Origin: Acanthaster planci | Lineage: Eukaryota | Direction: 5' to 3' | Assembly: GCF_001949145.1 (NCBI RefSeq) | Contig: NW_019091361.1 | Location: forward strand, 2,837,825-2,901,824 | Length of the DNA: 64,000 nucleotides | Shown: one piece after another, positions 27,072 through 38,998 of the stretch | Layout of the letters: every line of letters begins with the position of its first letter | Numbering within the stretch: position 1 is the first letter of the stretch | Notes under the pieces: generated by a model | What the model saw: the letters and a program-made list of their open reading frames with translations, nothing else | Told to the model about the DNA's origin: nothing | The model's database searches: none | Translations under genes and position numbers: made by a program

Positions 27072-27278
27072 GGTACCTTTCCATGCGTGTGTTTTGGGTG
27101 CGTTGCGTACGCGATGTGTTCATTCATTTCTTTAAATTCACGGACACCAAAATCGACGCCATTAACATATTACACATGCACGTTGCGTTCGGCTGTCAAA
27201 ATCACCCCGGTACTGATTTTGACGGATACTCAACGTTTGTCACAAGTGTTGACGTGCATACCAATATGGAAAGGTACC
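27072..27278 (-). mobile_element. MITE (Harbinger-like), copy 3 of 3
   Basis: Perfect TIR GGTACCTTTCCAT ... ATGGAAAGGTACC flanked by TAA/TTA; reverse-complement homology to 4659-4868. Confidence 0.75.
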
Positions 27279-29021
27279 TTAGTACTTCGCTTGCCGTAAA
27301 GGTAACGATTTATCACGAAGTTCAGGCCGTATTTTAGGGCCTTATGTCATTGTCATTCTATCCACCCCGACCAGGACCAATAGAGGGCACAATTTTACTA
27401 GCAACGGAGGCTCCTTTGGGTGGGAACTGCACTTTGCCGGTTCATTTTGAAATGCCTGAGTTACGATTGCGTCGCTACGGACAAATTGAGTACTCCCCAC
27501 CAACTTGGCTCTTTTCCATAAATGAGGGGGTGCTTTTACTCATCTTGGATACAAGTTGTCGCTGCCACCGTGGACGTAGCTAATTTTGGGTTTTGTTTTG
27601 CTGAGGCTGGACTTTTATTTGGAGGGGATGAGTACCCGGAGACGGCACAGTATAAAAGGGGGTCAATGCCTTGGATTGATGATTTTCACCCCTTTTCCTT
27701 CTTTTCCCCTTTCTCTCGCCTTTTCCTCATTATTTTTATTTATTATTTCGGGAGCGGGAATCGTCTACATCCCCCTCGCGACGCCCACGGCTGTGACCCC
27801 ATTTATTTGGGAACTAGTCGGGTAGGCGGATCATTGGAACAACCTGCAGATCTCAATATGTGAAGGCCCGATTGTTAAAGACAGACTGGGTCTCAAAGGA
27901 GACATGTCTGTTTTCAGAAGCAATAAAAGAAATTCAGAAATGCAGATTTACAATTAAAGGTAGTATTCTATACTTTTTAACGTAATGAATCGTCTACTTT
28001 GCGGCTGTCTCAAGTTTTTGTATTTTTATTTTGGGCGGGCGTAAAGGACATCACAACCTTTCACCAAGTTACCATTCTTAGCTCAGTGTTATTCATTGTT
28101 CCGGACTATCCACTGAACACCAGTTTTTTTTATTATAGTACATGTGCACAATAATGTATTGAGATCTTATTCAAATTGTTGCATAATCAAATTTGGGGTA
28201 GCCCTTTAGAAGCTGAATCTCATGAGATCATTCAAGTGTTTTTACCGGAATGTGAAAATCGTGAATTTGTAAGCAAACCCCTACTGAAAACCGTCCCAGT
28301 GGACATTAGCAGGCAAAGACGGTGCTTTAATCTAGTGCTCGTGTGGTGTTATTCTGTCTCGGCAATTGTTTAACTGAATCGAGGATCTACTTGATATTCG
28401 AATAAAATGCATGGTTTGAATGACGTCGATGAACATGACATGTCCATGGAAGATGCTGGCTTTACGCGACCATGTTGCACATAAGTCACCGAATAATCAC
28501 CGGTTTGATCATGTACACGTGTTTTAGGCGATGTCCTTTGTCAAAATTTTTTCTGGGATGAAGTATAAACCAGTGTATTAAAGGAATATTTCGAACAGTT
28601 CATGTTGTCGTAGTTTACTTTGTTGGCAACACGCCTGGCGGGGTTTCCATGTACGACTACGGTATTCATTTGTCTTGAGCATTGGTATCAGTGACTACGA
28701 CTTCTCACTGCAACTCGCCAACGACATAATATTCGAAGCTGTAGCCGTTCGAGACCGGACCTGTGCATGGCTCGCGTTACCTGTGCCAAAGCCCGGTTCA
28801 CTGAATGATGCAGTACTCTGAAAATATACGTGGGCTAGATGTACACACAGCCTACCGGCAGGCCCAAACCATTGTTAATGCTCTCTCAGCTGTTGCCCTT
28901 TTCATATTGTTAAGGAAATGAATCCTGTACATGTGAGATGAGCGACCATTATACAATGGTACCTTTTAGATGCAGCTGTACGCTCACGTATCGCATTAGT
29001 CCTGTAGGAACGGAAGCAAAC

Positions 29022-29118
29022 ATGGCGCTCAGTCGCAGAAAATTGGGTACTGCAATTTCATTAGTGCTTTTCCTGTTGGCGATGATGTCTGTTGCCTTTC
29101 AGAAGCGGTATGGCCAGG
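29022..29118 (+). CDS. Probable first coding exon of the UGM gene: signal peptide or type II membrane anchor
   Basis: Strong Kozak context AAACATGG; encodes MALSRRKLGTAISLVLFLLAMMSVAFQKRYGQ+G; perfect donor G|GTGAGT (phase 1) compatible with the phase-1 acceptor TTTTGCAG|GC at 33438/33439. Confidence 0.7.
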
Positions 29119-30899
29119 GTGAGTACATATAATTATTTCTGAAAGAGGGAATTAAGTACATGCCAGATTGTGGATTCTGTATTCATGCTGTGCAGTGTTA
29201 ACAACCAATACGCCCTGCATAAGTGTAACGTTAATTTCAAATAATACTTTGACCCACATAGGGGAGACTGGGGAAGGATGCTACAAAATTGACGTTTTAG
29301 ATCATATCACCCCAATGAAATACACCCGGTCCTATATCTTGCATCTGGTGATATCCCACTTTGTTAGCTATAAAATAATGATAGTAAAACTTCCAATCAT
29401 GTAACAGTAATTAATAATTAACTAATTAATGAAGCCAGAAGATCGTAACAAATTACCCAGTATACGGGGTACATTGATACAACATGCAGGGTAAGTTGTT
29501 ACATTATGTTAACATGTGTGCTTTTCATCATGTAAACACAGTTATCAAGCAATTGCTTTTAGCAAACAAAAAGAATATACAAAATCACTTGTAGTTTGAG
29601 CAATATTGTATTACTGGTCATTTGATTCATTTATTGAACCATTAACTGACTTTCATTCTTGAACTCTTAAAATGTCTCTATAGGCCTAATCCTTGTTAAA
29701 GGAATACTTATATACTTATGAATTTTTTCCAAGCAACCACGGAGAAACAACACACAACCCTGAAAGGAGGTGCCAAGGGGACCGAATTGCTGCCCTTTGG
29801 CATGCCCTGCTCGGGGTTCCTGGCAGGCTGAGCGACCTTGAGCGTAAAAAGCGTTGATCTGAAATGTGAAAGTTCTGGCGCTATAAATACCGGGCCGGGT
29901 GTGAACGTTCCAGGCCAAATATTTGTAACGAAAGCATGCACATCAAGAAAATAAACTGGTGCGTGAAAACAACCTGCCCATCACATTTTAAAACCCTGGT
30001 GGCAATCCCGTGGGGATAAAAGTCTCCACATATCACCAAATATGTTCATAACCTTTATTCCAGTGGACCAATTTGGCAACCATTTCATATAATCCTCACC
30101 CCAGGCATACACCACAAGCCTGCAAACTCCCATTGGCCAGACCCCAACCACTGCAGAGTAAGAATTTTTGAAAGACCAGTATCCCCAAAACGCCCATGTG
30201 ACCTGGAAATGACTTGGTTGTAAAAACATCCACCTCGCAGCTCGGAGTTATTTTTGGGGCGTGGCTACAAATGTACTTCACAGCAACGTAATGAAATGTA
30301 GTTAGAGAGGGGACCTGAGGGATGTATTGGCTCCGCGTGGAGAAAAGGTCCCCTTTTTTCCGTTGCGGGGGTTTGTGTCGATTAACCTCACCATTGATGG
30401 ACGCTAGTCAAGACGCACCTGCAACTTATATATCTTATGGTAGATATTGTTGTACTAAGTGTACAATTAAACTATCAACAGAAACATCTACTATGCTCAC
30501 CATAGTTTGTCACCAGGCTAATGAATGGTAAATCCTATTAAGATTTTGGAAAACACATGATCAGGGGTAATTTTCTTAAGCAACCAGGGCAGAACTTGAT
30601 TACATTCTTGGGTTGGCCATATAGAAGTTGAAAGCAAGGTTATCTCATAATTTTTTAGTGGAAATGAAAACAATACAAAGTGAAATGTCATGGCAAATAC
30701 TAGCTGGTGAATAGTTTCAATTTGTTATTTTCTTTTTTAGTTATTTGTTACATTCAGGGAACAAGACGACAATGGCTGCCACGTGAATACGATCCATTAA
30801 GCGCATTCATGGCACACATCAAGTGATTTGCCCACTTTGACACGTAATTGGGGACATAAGTTTTAAGACTTAATGCAGCTTGGTGCAGCTTCGTGCAGA

Positions 30900-32050
30900 T
30901 AATGACTGCGTTTTAGAATGCCACGCCTTTTAGATGTGAATCTCTGCGGAAATTTCATTCTTTGTTTGACATTTCATCCTTGATGTTTATACGTTCCATC
31001 ACGTTTTGCCTCTCCATGAAATCAGTGTGTCCCCGCATTGGGCTTCGCCTCGCGGTTTGGAACATTCCATCTGTCACCTCATGATTTTTTTCCTCACCAC
31101 TGCACCCATAGAAAATTAATTCCTTAACCCTGGTTGCGTCTTCAAAAATTATTACGCAGGCAGGAGGACAGCAGCGCACCCAAAGATAGTGTCAAATAAA
31201 CTGTTGGTATTTGGAATAATTTTGTTTAACAGTTCATTTACAGATTCGGCAAAATCTATCCAATGAGAACTGGAAGAAATTAGGGACCATCGACGAACTC
31301 TATGTACAGAGCGGTGGATACCAGCGCTGACAAAGCCCGAACACAATGCCGGCCATGCAAATGACGAACAAAGTTCAATTTCATCTCTGGTCTTATTATT
31401 AGAATAGGTTGGTTTGGTTTTGTATCAGTTTCTGCAGTACTGGCGTTAGCATAAGACGAGAAATTCACCCTTCGTCGAGACAGTAAGGTAAATTTTATTG
31501 CAAACCTGGTTCCTCTTCGTGCTTTCAAACTCTTTGGTAACCCAGGGGTGTCGGACACTTTGTGGCTTTCTTTGGCAATATAATCACGATTGGAGTAGTA
31601 GATAATGTTCTTCAGTTAATAAAGCAGTGCACTGTAGTTGGGTATAATTTACTCGAGTTTACGATTCCGTTGAGGAACTTAGTTAAAATAATTGCCAGCA
31701 CTTGCACGATCACCAAGATTGTATTGTATTCTCGCGCAGGTGACTGCTTCATGCATAAAATTACATGCAGTGAGGAAATCGGACTCAAAACTTAATCTTG
31801 AAGTCGACACCAGGGTCGCCGTTGACCAAAATCCCGAGCAGAGGAAACCTCCACGCACCCGCTCTCTTCTTGCTCCACCCCTTGTTGCGATTCTCGCGCC
31901 ATCTGGCCGGTGACCACAAATGAAAGTATTCATGCGTGGAATGTATAGCTCGCAAGCTGAAATACCCGGGAAGGATTCCAAAGATACGATTATAAGTAGC
32001 AAATGAAGTCATCGAACACACCGTTCGGTGTTTTTGTCGGTGACCTGAGT
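30900..32050 (-). mobile_element. Highly degenerate LINE (non-LTR retrotransposon) ORF2 fragment in the UGM intron
   Basis: Fragmented minus-strand ORFs with PWVTKE and AESVNELL segments typical of the linker between LINE endonuclease and RT; boundaries approximate. Confidence 0.35.
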
Positions 32051-33438
32051 AACTGTTTTGAGAGGTATCGGCTGCGTTAACTGTTAAACCGAGAATTCGG
32101 CACAGAAGTTAAGAGTCCTTTTAAGCAATACTAGATTTGTTTGATGGCTGATTTTGCTTCGTTTATATGAGTGCCATGCTTATTATTAAAGGAACCTTTT
32201 CCTATGCGCTTCAAAGCACATCATTGAAACGGGAACGTAATTTTGTGTCGCTGTAACTTGCGATACAAAGACAACTGCTCCTTATTTATCAGAGGGTTTA
32301 TAACAAGCTATTTAAAGATTCAGTAAACAGAAATATAATCTCAAATCATATTTGTCTCATTTTATGTTTTTTAAAGTGTTTACTTTTAATCATGGCTCTG
32401 CAGCACCTCCTAAACAAATCCTTAACGAAGGAATGTTAAAGACTCGACTTTGGCCACTGTACAATGTATCTAGGTCTACAAGATAAGATACAGGTGGTCT
32501 GGTAGTTTTCTACAGTTTCTGTAGACTTTGCCAAGCGATTGCCGCCATCACTGAATTTAGTCTATGTATGCATGCATATAGTCTTTGCCCAAGACGTCAG
32601 TAACTGATAGGGGATCGCCGCTCAAAAGGCGGATTCAGAACTAATTTTTTTGGGGGCACTAAATTATTTTTGGGAAGGGGATCGGATGAGGGCGAGGTTG
32701 GATGCCACTGAAGTACATTTGGCATCTCATCAGATTAATCTGCCTGCCTAGGTAATTAGAACTGACACCGGTGACCGCCTGCTGCGCTGAATAATTATTG
32801 GTCAAGTCAGGCTCTAGAAATATTGTACACGTTAATCTCTTGTGAAGCGCCCTGCACAATGCTACTTATCGGCAAAAATGTTCAGTCACTCTCTGCAACT
32901 TTAACGCATTTGTCCAGAACTTACATGTTGAAAACACCAAGTTCTCAATATGTCAAACAGTTTTTTGTAACATGATGTAGTAACCCAGTCATATGAAGCA
33001 AGTACAATAGTTAAGATGACCTTTGAAAGTTAGGTATTTTTTTCTTGAACTAATCTTGTATTTGTTAGAAAAAAAGGTATATTTACCATGATTTCGAAAG
33101 AAAATGTTAAATTGGAATATTTTGGAACATTTTTCTACGTCATGCATCCGCTCTATTTTTGATAAAACGATATCTGTGGTTGTCTGTTGTTTTAAACTTT
33201 TTCTTAAATCTTTCGTAAAATACTGCCATGAGGCGTTTTGAAAAGCAAGCCGCTTTTCCCCTACGCATTTAGAATTGTTGATGAGAGAAAAATGTTTAGG
33301 GTTTGCACAAAATTTGCGCAATAATGTGTAAGAATACTTTCATGACTAATTTCTTTTATAGGATTTTGCCTTTCCCCTGATCCAAGCTGCTCTGTTGTTT
33401 TTAATACTCATTGTTTTTAAAATGTTACTATTTTGCAG

Positions 33439-35069
33439 GCTGGCTTCAACTTGTGGCAATATCAGACGTCTTTGATGGTACTCCGAGAACTTTGAGGGGT
33501 AAGCTTTACAAACACCAAGGCACAATGTCGATTGGCATTACTCAGGAATCCAGCGAGCATAGACAAAGACGTATTATCATCATCGGCTCGGGTCCAACGG
33601 CACTGGGCGCGGCTCGACGTCTCGCCGAACTGAGAGACAAGTTCAACTTCAGAATCACAATCTTGGAGGAAGCAGCCCAGCCCGGAGGGCTTGCCTCCTC
33701 CGAGCGAGATGACAAGGGCTTCCTCTGGGATATGGGGGGACACGTGGTCTTTTCCCACTACGATTACTTCGATAAGACGCTGGATCGGGCCGTTGCGCAC
33801 TGGAATCAGCGAGTCCGGGCTGCTTTCGCTTTCATGATGGGGTCGGACGGCCAGCGGAGGTTCATCCCGTACCCGGTCCAGAACAATATCGAGGTCATGG
33901 ACAAAATCGATCAGAACAAGAGCCTAGCCGGTCTGAAAGAGATCACGCGGAACCCGTCCCAGGGCAAGCCCCGCAACTTCGACGAGTGGCTGCTGCAGCA
34001 CTTTGGAGTCGGCCTCTGTGACGTGTTCATGCGGAAGTACAACAAGAAGGTATGGACTGTTAACACCACCGAGATGAACTCAGTGTGGGTGGGTGAGCGA
34101 GTCGCTGTGCCGGACATCAACAAGATCCAGGCCAAGATCAAAGCCTTCGACCAGGGCACGCCGGCGGAGGACTCGGGGTGGGGTCCCAACCGATTCTTCC
34201 GGTTCCCGAGGTTCAACGGCACCGGGAACATCTGGAGAGGGGTCGCAAGGTTGGTCCCCCGCGAGTGGTTCGAATTCCGGAGACAGGTGACGAGTGTCAA
34301 CTTTGACACCAAGACCGTATCTGTAGAGAGCGCGGGGAATGAACATCGCCTGCTGCATTACGACACGCTCATATCGACTGCACCGTTAGACGAGTTTGTG
34401 CACTTACTCCAAGGTGACGACCCGTCTCTGGCAAGAATGAATGTGTTGGCGTCACAGCTGATCTACTCTCACACGCACGTCATAGGCATCGGCCTTGTGG
34501 GCCAACCGCCGAAGATGTTGTCGGATAAATCGTGGATGTACTTCCCCGACGCCGATTCTCCGTTTTACCGGATCACCGTCTTCTCGGCATACTCAGACGA
34601 TCACGTGCCCAAGGCGGGCGAATATTGGTCCTTGATGTGCGAAGCGGCCGAACCTAAAGACACGCCGGACCGAAGCCATTGGACCCAGGCAAATGTAGTC
34701 GATTCCACAGTCAAGGCTTTGATCACGTACGGTTTCATTTCTGCTGACATGGTGGTCTCCAAATACTACCGACGGCTGGATCACGGCTACCCTGTTCCTT
34801 CCATTGGAAGAGAAGGGATCTTGGAGGTGGTTCAGCCCTGGCTGGAGGCCAAACACATCTACTCCCGCGGCCGGTTCGGGGGGTGGCGGTACGAGGTTGC
34901 AAATCAGGACCACTCTTTCATGCAAGGGGTAGAGCTTGTAGACAAGCTTTTACGAGGGATACCGGAGGAAACATATCCCAACCCGAACCTCGTCAACTCT
35001 CGCAAAAATACGGGTCGCTTCCTTGACAACGATGACTCCAAGAACAAGTTCATCCTCTTGCGCAATTAA
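33439..35069 (+). CDS. glf: UDP-galactopyranose mutase, eukaryotic type (FAD-dependent; UDP-Galp to UDP-Galf), catalytic exon; about 575 aa with exon 29022-29118
   Basis: All signature motifs of fungal, trypanosomatid and nematode UGMs are present: IIGSGPTALGAA (FAD), GGLASS..GFLWDMGGHVVFSHYDYF, PYPVQNNI, FDEW, FMRKYNKKVW, WVGERVAVP, WGPN.FFRFP..GTG.IW, YSHTHVIGIG, WMYFPD..SPFYRITVFS.YS, WSLMCE, HGYPVP, SRGRFGGWRYEVANQDHSFMQGVE.VD. Confidence 0.93.
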
Positions 35070-37712
35070 GAAAAAGCAAAACTTCCAAAAGTACATGAAT
35101 ATCGACATTTTTCCAAAAGGTCGTATTACATATACACGTCAATAGGTAATTTTCCTTATTCAGTTATCAACATGTATTTCTTGTTCAAACAATCGAATAT
35201 GTTTGTACCGCATGGTGCATGAGGTCAGGAGGAAACTTTTCCTGCCCTTTGTAAAATTTGAATATGCAATGAGCAAACTTTCCCACTGACTCCTTAAAGC
35301 AGTTCTATATGTCGGGATATCTTCCCATAATGAAACTAATAATTCCCAATGGTCTGGCTGATCGCCTTTTATCTGTTAAAATCATGTCATTTTACTGTAA
35401 ATAAATAAACTTGATAGCAGTGAACAGGTGGCAATTTTTTATTCAGTGGATGAGAAAGTTCCCGCTTTCAAAAAAATATTCGGATTTTTATAAATAATTA
35501 GCAGTGCTTTCTCGCACTGTCACACTTTTTTACTAAATTTAAGAATTGGACATAACGTATGAAGGTGCAAATAATTATTCCGTGAAACGCTTTTTACATG
35601 CAAAGACGAGGTTTTTAAGAGATTATAGCACGCGTTAAACTAAGATTTCATTCATGGATCACCGTGTTCTTTTTTAGTTTTATGTTAAACCTCAAACATC
35701 GTGCATGAAGTTATAAAGCCTCTCAGATAGTATCCGGATTCGTGTTTTTAATTAGTTTTTTATGTAAAGAATTTAGACTAAAAATTTAAAGCTTTCCTCA
35801 CTGAAAAATCTCTCTGGTTAATACCATATTCTTTGGTAAGCTGAACCAAAAATTGAATCTGTAAACAACGATCCAGGTTTAGTTTAACATGAATACGTAT
35901 AGTTGGGATTCACCCTATTTCAGTTGAAATTAATCGAGGCAACTTTGGATTGTCGTTGACTGTTTTAATTGTACCATTGTTTATGCAAATAAATAGTAAT
36001 GATTGAAAGAAGGAGAGAAATCAATTCTGGACTTGGGTTAACATGTTCTTCTAACGAATCCATCAAAGGCAACGTGAAATGCGGTGAAAACAGCTAGGGC
36101 TGGAATGAACGTGTTGCAGAGATCCTGGTACACCGTATCTTTAATTAGCACCAGTGCTGCGTATTTCGAAGATATTGCTAGTTTTGAAGTGTTCCTCAAA
36201 TTGGAAATTTAGAGAAAGACTGTGAAACTTTAAAATTCCTTAAGTAGGGCCTAAGGATTTTTTGAACACTGTGATGTTGGCATTAATTTTGGTGGCTCCT
36301 GAATTTTTAGTAGTAAGGCTGGAGACTGTGCCGATTAGATATTCCGTTCCTGGTAAAAACAGACTGACATATCTCGTGAATTTGATAAAGAGTGTGGAAA
36401 CGAGATTTTGCATATGCGTTATACACATCCTTTCCACAGGTCGACATTATGGGACATTAAGGTTAATTCTTACGTATTCTGCCGTGTCAATAAATTCCCC
36501 TCAGTTCAACGGATTCCACACTCTTTTGAATGATGTAGTCTATGTTCGTTTAATGCTTCCCCCTGAACCAAAACATTGGAACAAGCTTAAAAAATTATAT
36601 GGTCATTTTAGCAGAAATTTGGCCAAAGCTGTTACTTTTCCTGTGCACTAGGCGGACATTAACATGGCAGCCTACAGGTAGTAAATCTTGGCCAACTGAG
36701 GTAGTCTTGTCAACAACTCCCTCCGTAAACTCATCGAACACGAATACCGGCCAACGGAATGGAACCCATGTGGTAGTGAGTTGGGATTCGAATCTCCTTT
36801 TCGGAGAATTTTTTGAAGTACGGTTTCTTATGACCTGTGAATATTTTGTCTGATCCCATTTCTTGTAAGTCATCTTTTTCTAATTCGTAGCTTGGATGGA
36901 AACGGTCTAACAACTCAACTGGATATTTCAACGTCACCCGACTCAAGATTCCATATAGGAAAGTGAAGTCAGAATTTCATAAGGCAGAGGTCTTATCCAG
37001 GCCGCGTGAATACACACCCGTAACGTTAACGCTGGTGCACATGCGCCGAACCAGCCTGACTCTATATGCAAAATGGCCGCAATAAGGGGTAAGTTCTGGA
37101 GGGACACATTTCTCAACAACTGGTCGATTTTACTTGGTACCCGGGCCTTACTGTAAGCACAGGTTACCAGGGACAACTCAGCAGTAGCCTATTGTCTCTA
37201 GAACTCGCCCAAGGCTATACTTGCCCACCAGTTCAGAGTGAAAACTCCGTAAACAATCAAAGGCCCAAGAATGGCTGTGTATTCTAGTTTGAAAGACTCT
37301 AGAGTTCAACTTCGATTCGAAATACCTTTAAAATATACAAATTACACAATTTAACAAAAGAGCACCAAGGAACGACAATCAAAAGATTGTAAAAGGAAAT
37401 TGCAATTAGAAAAGACAGAACGTTAATTCCACCTTGGACACAGGCGAGAAAGCCATCAGGAAGCATTGTAGATGCCTGGCAAGATAGATATTGACATTGG
37501 TGGGAAAAGAATCAGCAAGAGTTTTCCCTGAATGCCTTATTTTGCCTACAAGCTGTATTTTGCTTACAATGAGCGCAATGCACACGCGGCCGTAAAGGAC
37601 ACTGAGCGCGGTATATATTTACAGTAGTCAAATTACATTCATTCCGGTTTCCACTGGTTGTGGGGAAGTTACCACGCTATACCCGTCAAAGATATAGTGC
37701 AAGAGCCAAAAG

Positions 37713-38810
37713 TATGGTGTTCCATATGTGCCAGTCGCATCTTTCGACGGGCGTCGCATTTTTCAGGCGGCGTCGCATTTTTCGACGGGCGTCGCATTTT
37801 TCACCGGGCGTCGCATTTTTCAACAGGCGTCGCATTTTTCAACCGGTGTCGCATTTTTCAACCGGTGTCGCATTTTTCCGCCGGCGTCGCATTTTTCACC
37901 GGGCGTCGCATTTTTCAGCCGGCGTCGCATTTTTCAGCCGGCGTCGCATTTTTCTCACTGCTACCGTATTTCAAGACGTTCTGTTATCCTTACCCGCAAA
38001 CTTATTAGGAACCTGTTCAGGGTCAAGTCGTCAGGACTTCTTCTCCTAAGATTCAATTTGCGGAGAATTCGGTGCAGCGTTCTCAGGCTGACAGTACAAG
38101 GAATAAAAACATATCCATCTCTATAAAACAATACACAAGTGTTATTTCCACGCATGGGCCGGAGGAAAGCGATACTAACCGTTCAACCATGTCAACATAT
38201 ACAAATAAAGTTGGCCAATACCTGATGGTTATTCGATGACGAATGACCAAAATTGAAAGAACCTCATCGTAGCTGTACCCTGCTTCAAAGTAATGACGGA
38301 CCAATCGGTCTCGTTGTAGGATAGTGTCATTGCCGTCATTGTTAAAAGCATGTTGCNGGTTGTAGCAACGTATACATTTCTACTCAGGTCGGAGGCTACA
38401 GCATGTAGGCTACAGGCTGTGTTATACCAGGCAAGGTATGGGACGGAGGGGTACCCCCTTACCTGTCCAATCCCTATACACACTCCAGACTATTGTTACC
38501 TAACACATCCCCCCTGGAAGTCTGTACAGAATTTCTGGGATTCCGATTAAAAAATAACCAACACAAAGGCGGGGGTTCTCTCCGTCCAATAGCTCCGTCA
38601 AATGGGCTGTCTGGAGGTCAAAGTTAATGCTTTTCTTCCACAAATGCGACGCCGGCTGAAAAATGCGACGCCGGTTGAAAAATGCGACGCCGGTTGGAAA
38701 ATGCGACGCCGACTGAAAAATGCGACGCCGGTTGAAAAATGCGACGCCCGTCGAAAAATGCGACGCCGCCTGAAAAATGCGACACCGGATGGCACACATG
38801 GAACACCATA
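37713..38810 (-). mobile_element. Non-autonomous IS3EU-like DNA transposon with subterminal minisatellites and a truncated, intron-containing transposase N-terminus
   Basis: TIR TATGGTGTTCCAT(A/G)TGTGCCA at both ends with AAAG flanks. GGCGTCGCATTTTT arrays (18-19 bp unit) at about 37731-37952 and, inverted, at 38642-38790. Spliced ORF RHYFEAGYSYDEVLSILVIRHRITIS|LRTLHRILRKLNLRRR (intron 38088-38221, GT-AG). The superfamily call is tentative. Confidence 0.75.
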
Positions 38811-38998
38811 AAAGCCCTATGTCACTGATTTTTTGAACCCTGCTCGAACTCTGGAGGTCAACATTCCACTGACTCAGTGCCATGATTATCGTCGAATCTG
38901 CAAGCATACCTACGAACCTACGCATTGCACAACTGCTGCAAAACTAAGTTGTGCGCTGGTGTTTGTTGTGCGTTGACAAAGTGGTTTCTGTTGCAAGC

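Noticed and set aside
33411..33438. ORF-track N-terminus MFLKCYYFA of the UGM
   Set aside because: It starts at a TTG and lies in a polypyrimidine tract ending TTTTGCAG; it is intronic.
33411..35069. Protoporphyrinogen oxidase or amine oxidase call
   Set aside because: It shares only the FAD fold; UGM-specific motifs (GGH..FSHY, WGPN, NQDHSFMQGVE) are decisive.
37731..38790. CRISPR-like array or repetitive proteins (RRIFQPASHFSTGVAFF ORFs)
   Set aside because: Units are 18-19 bp in direct tandem with no unique spacers, the context is eukaryotic with no cas genes, and the ORFs in all frames are by-products of the minisatellite inside a TIR element.
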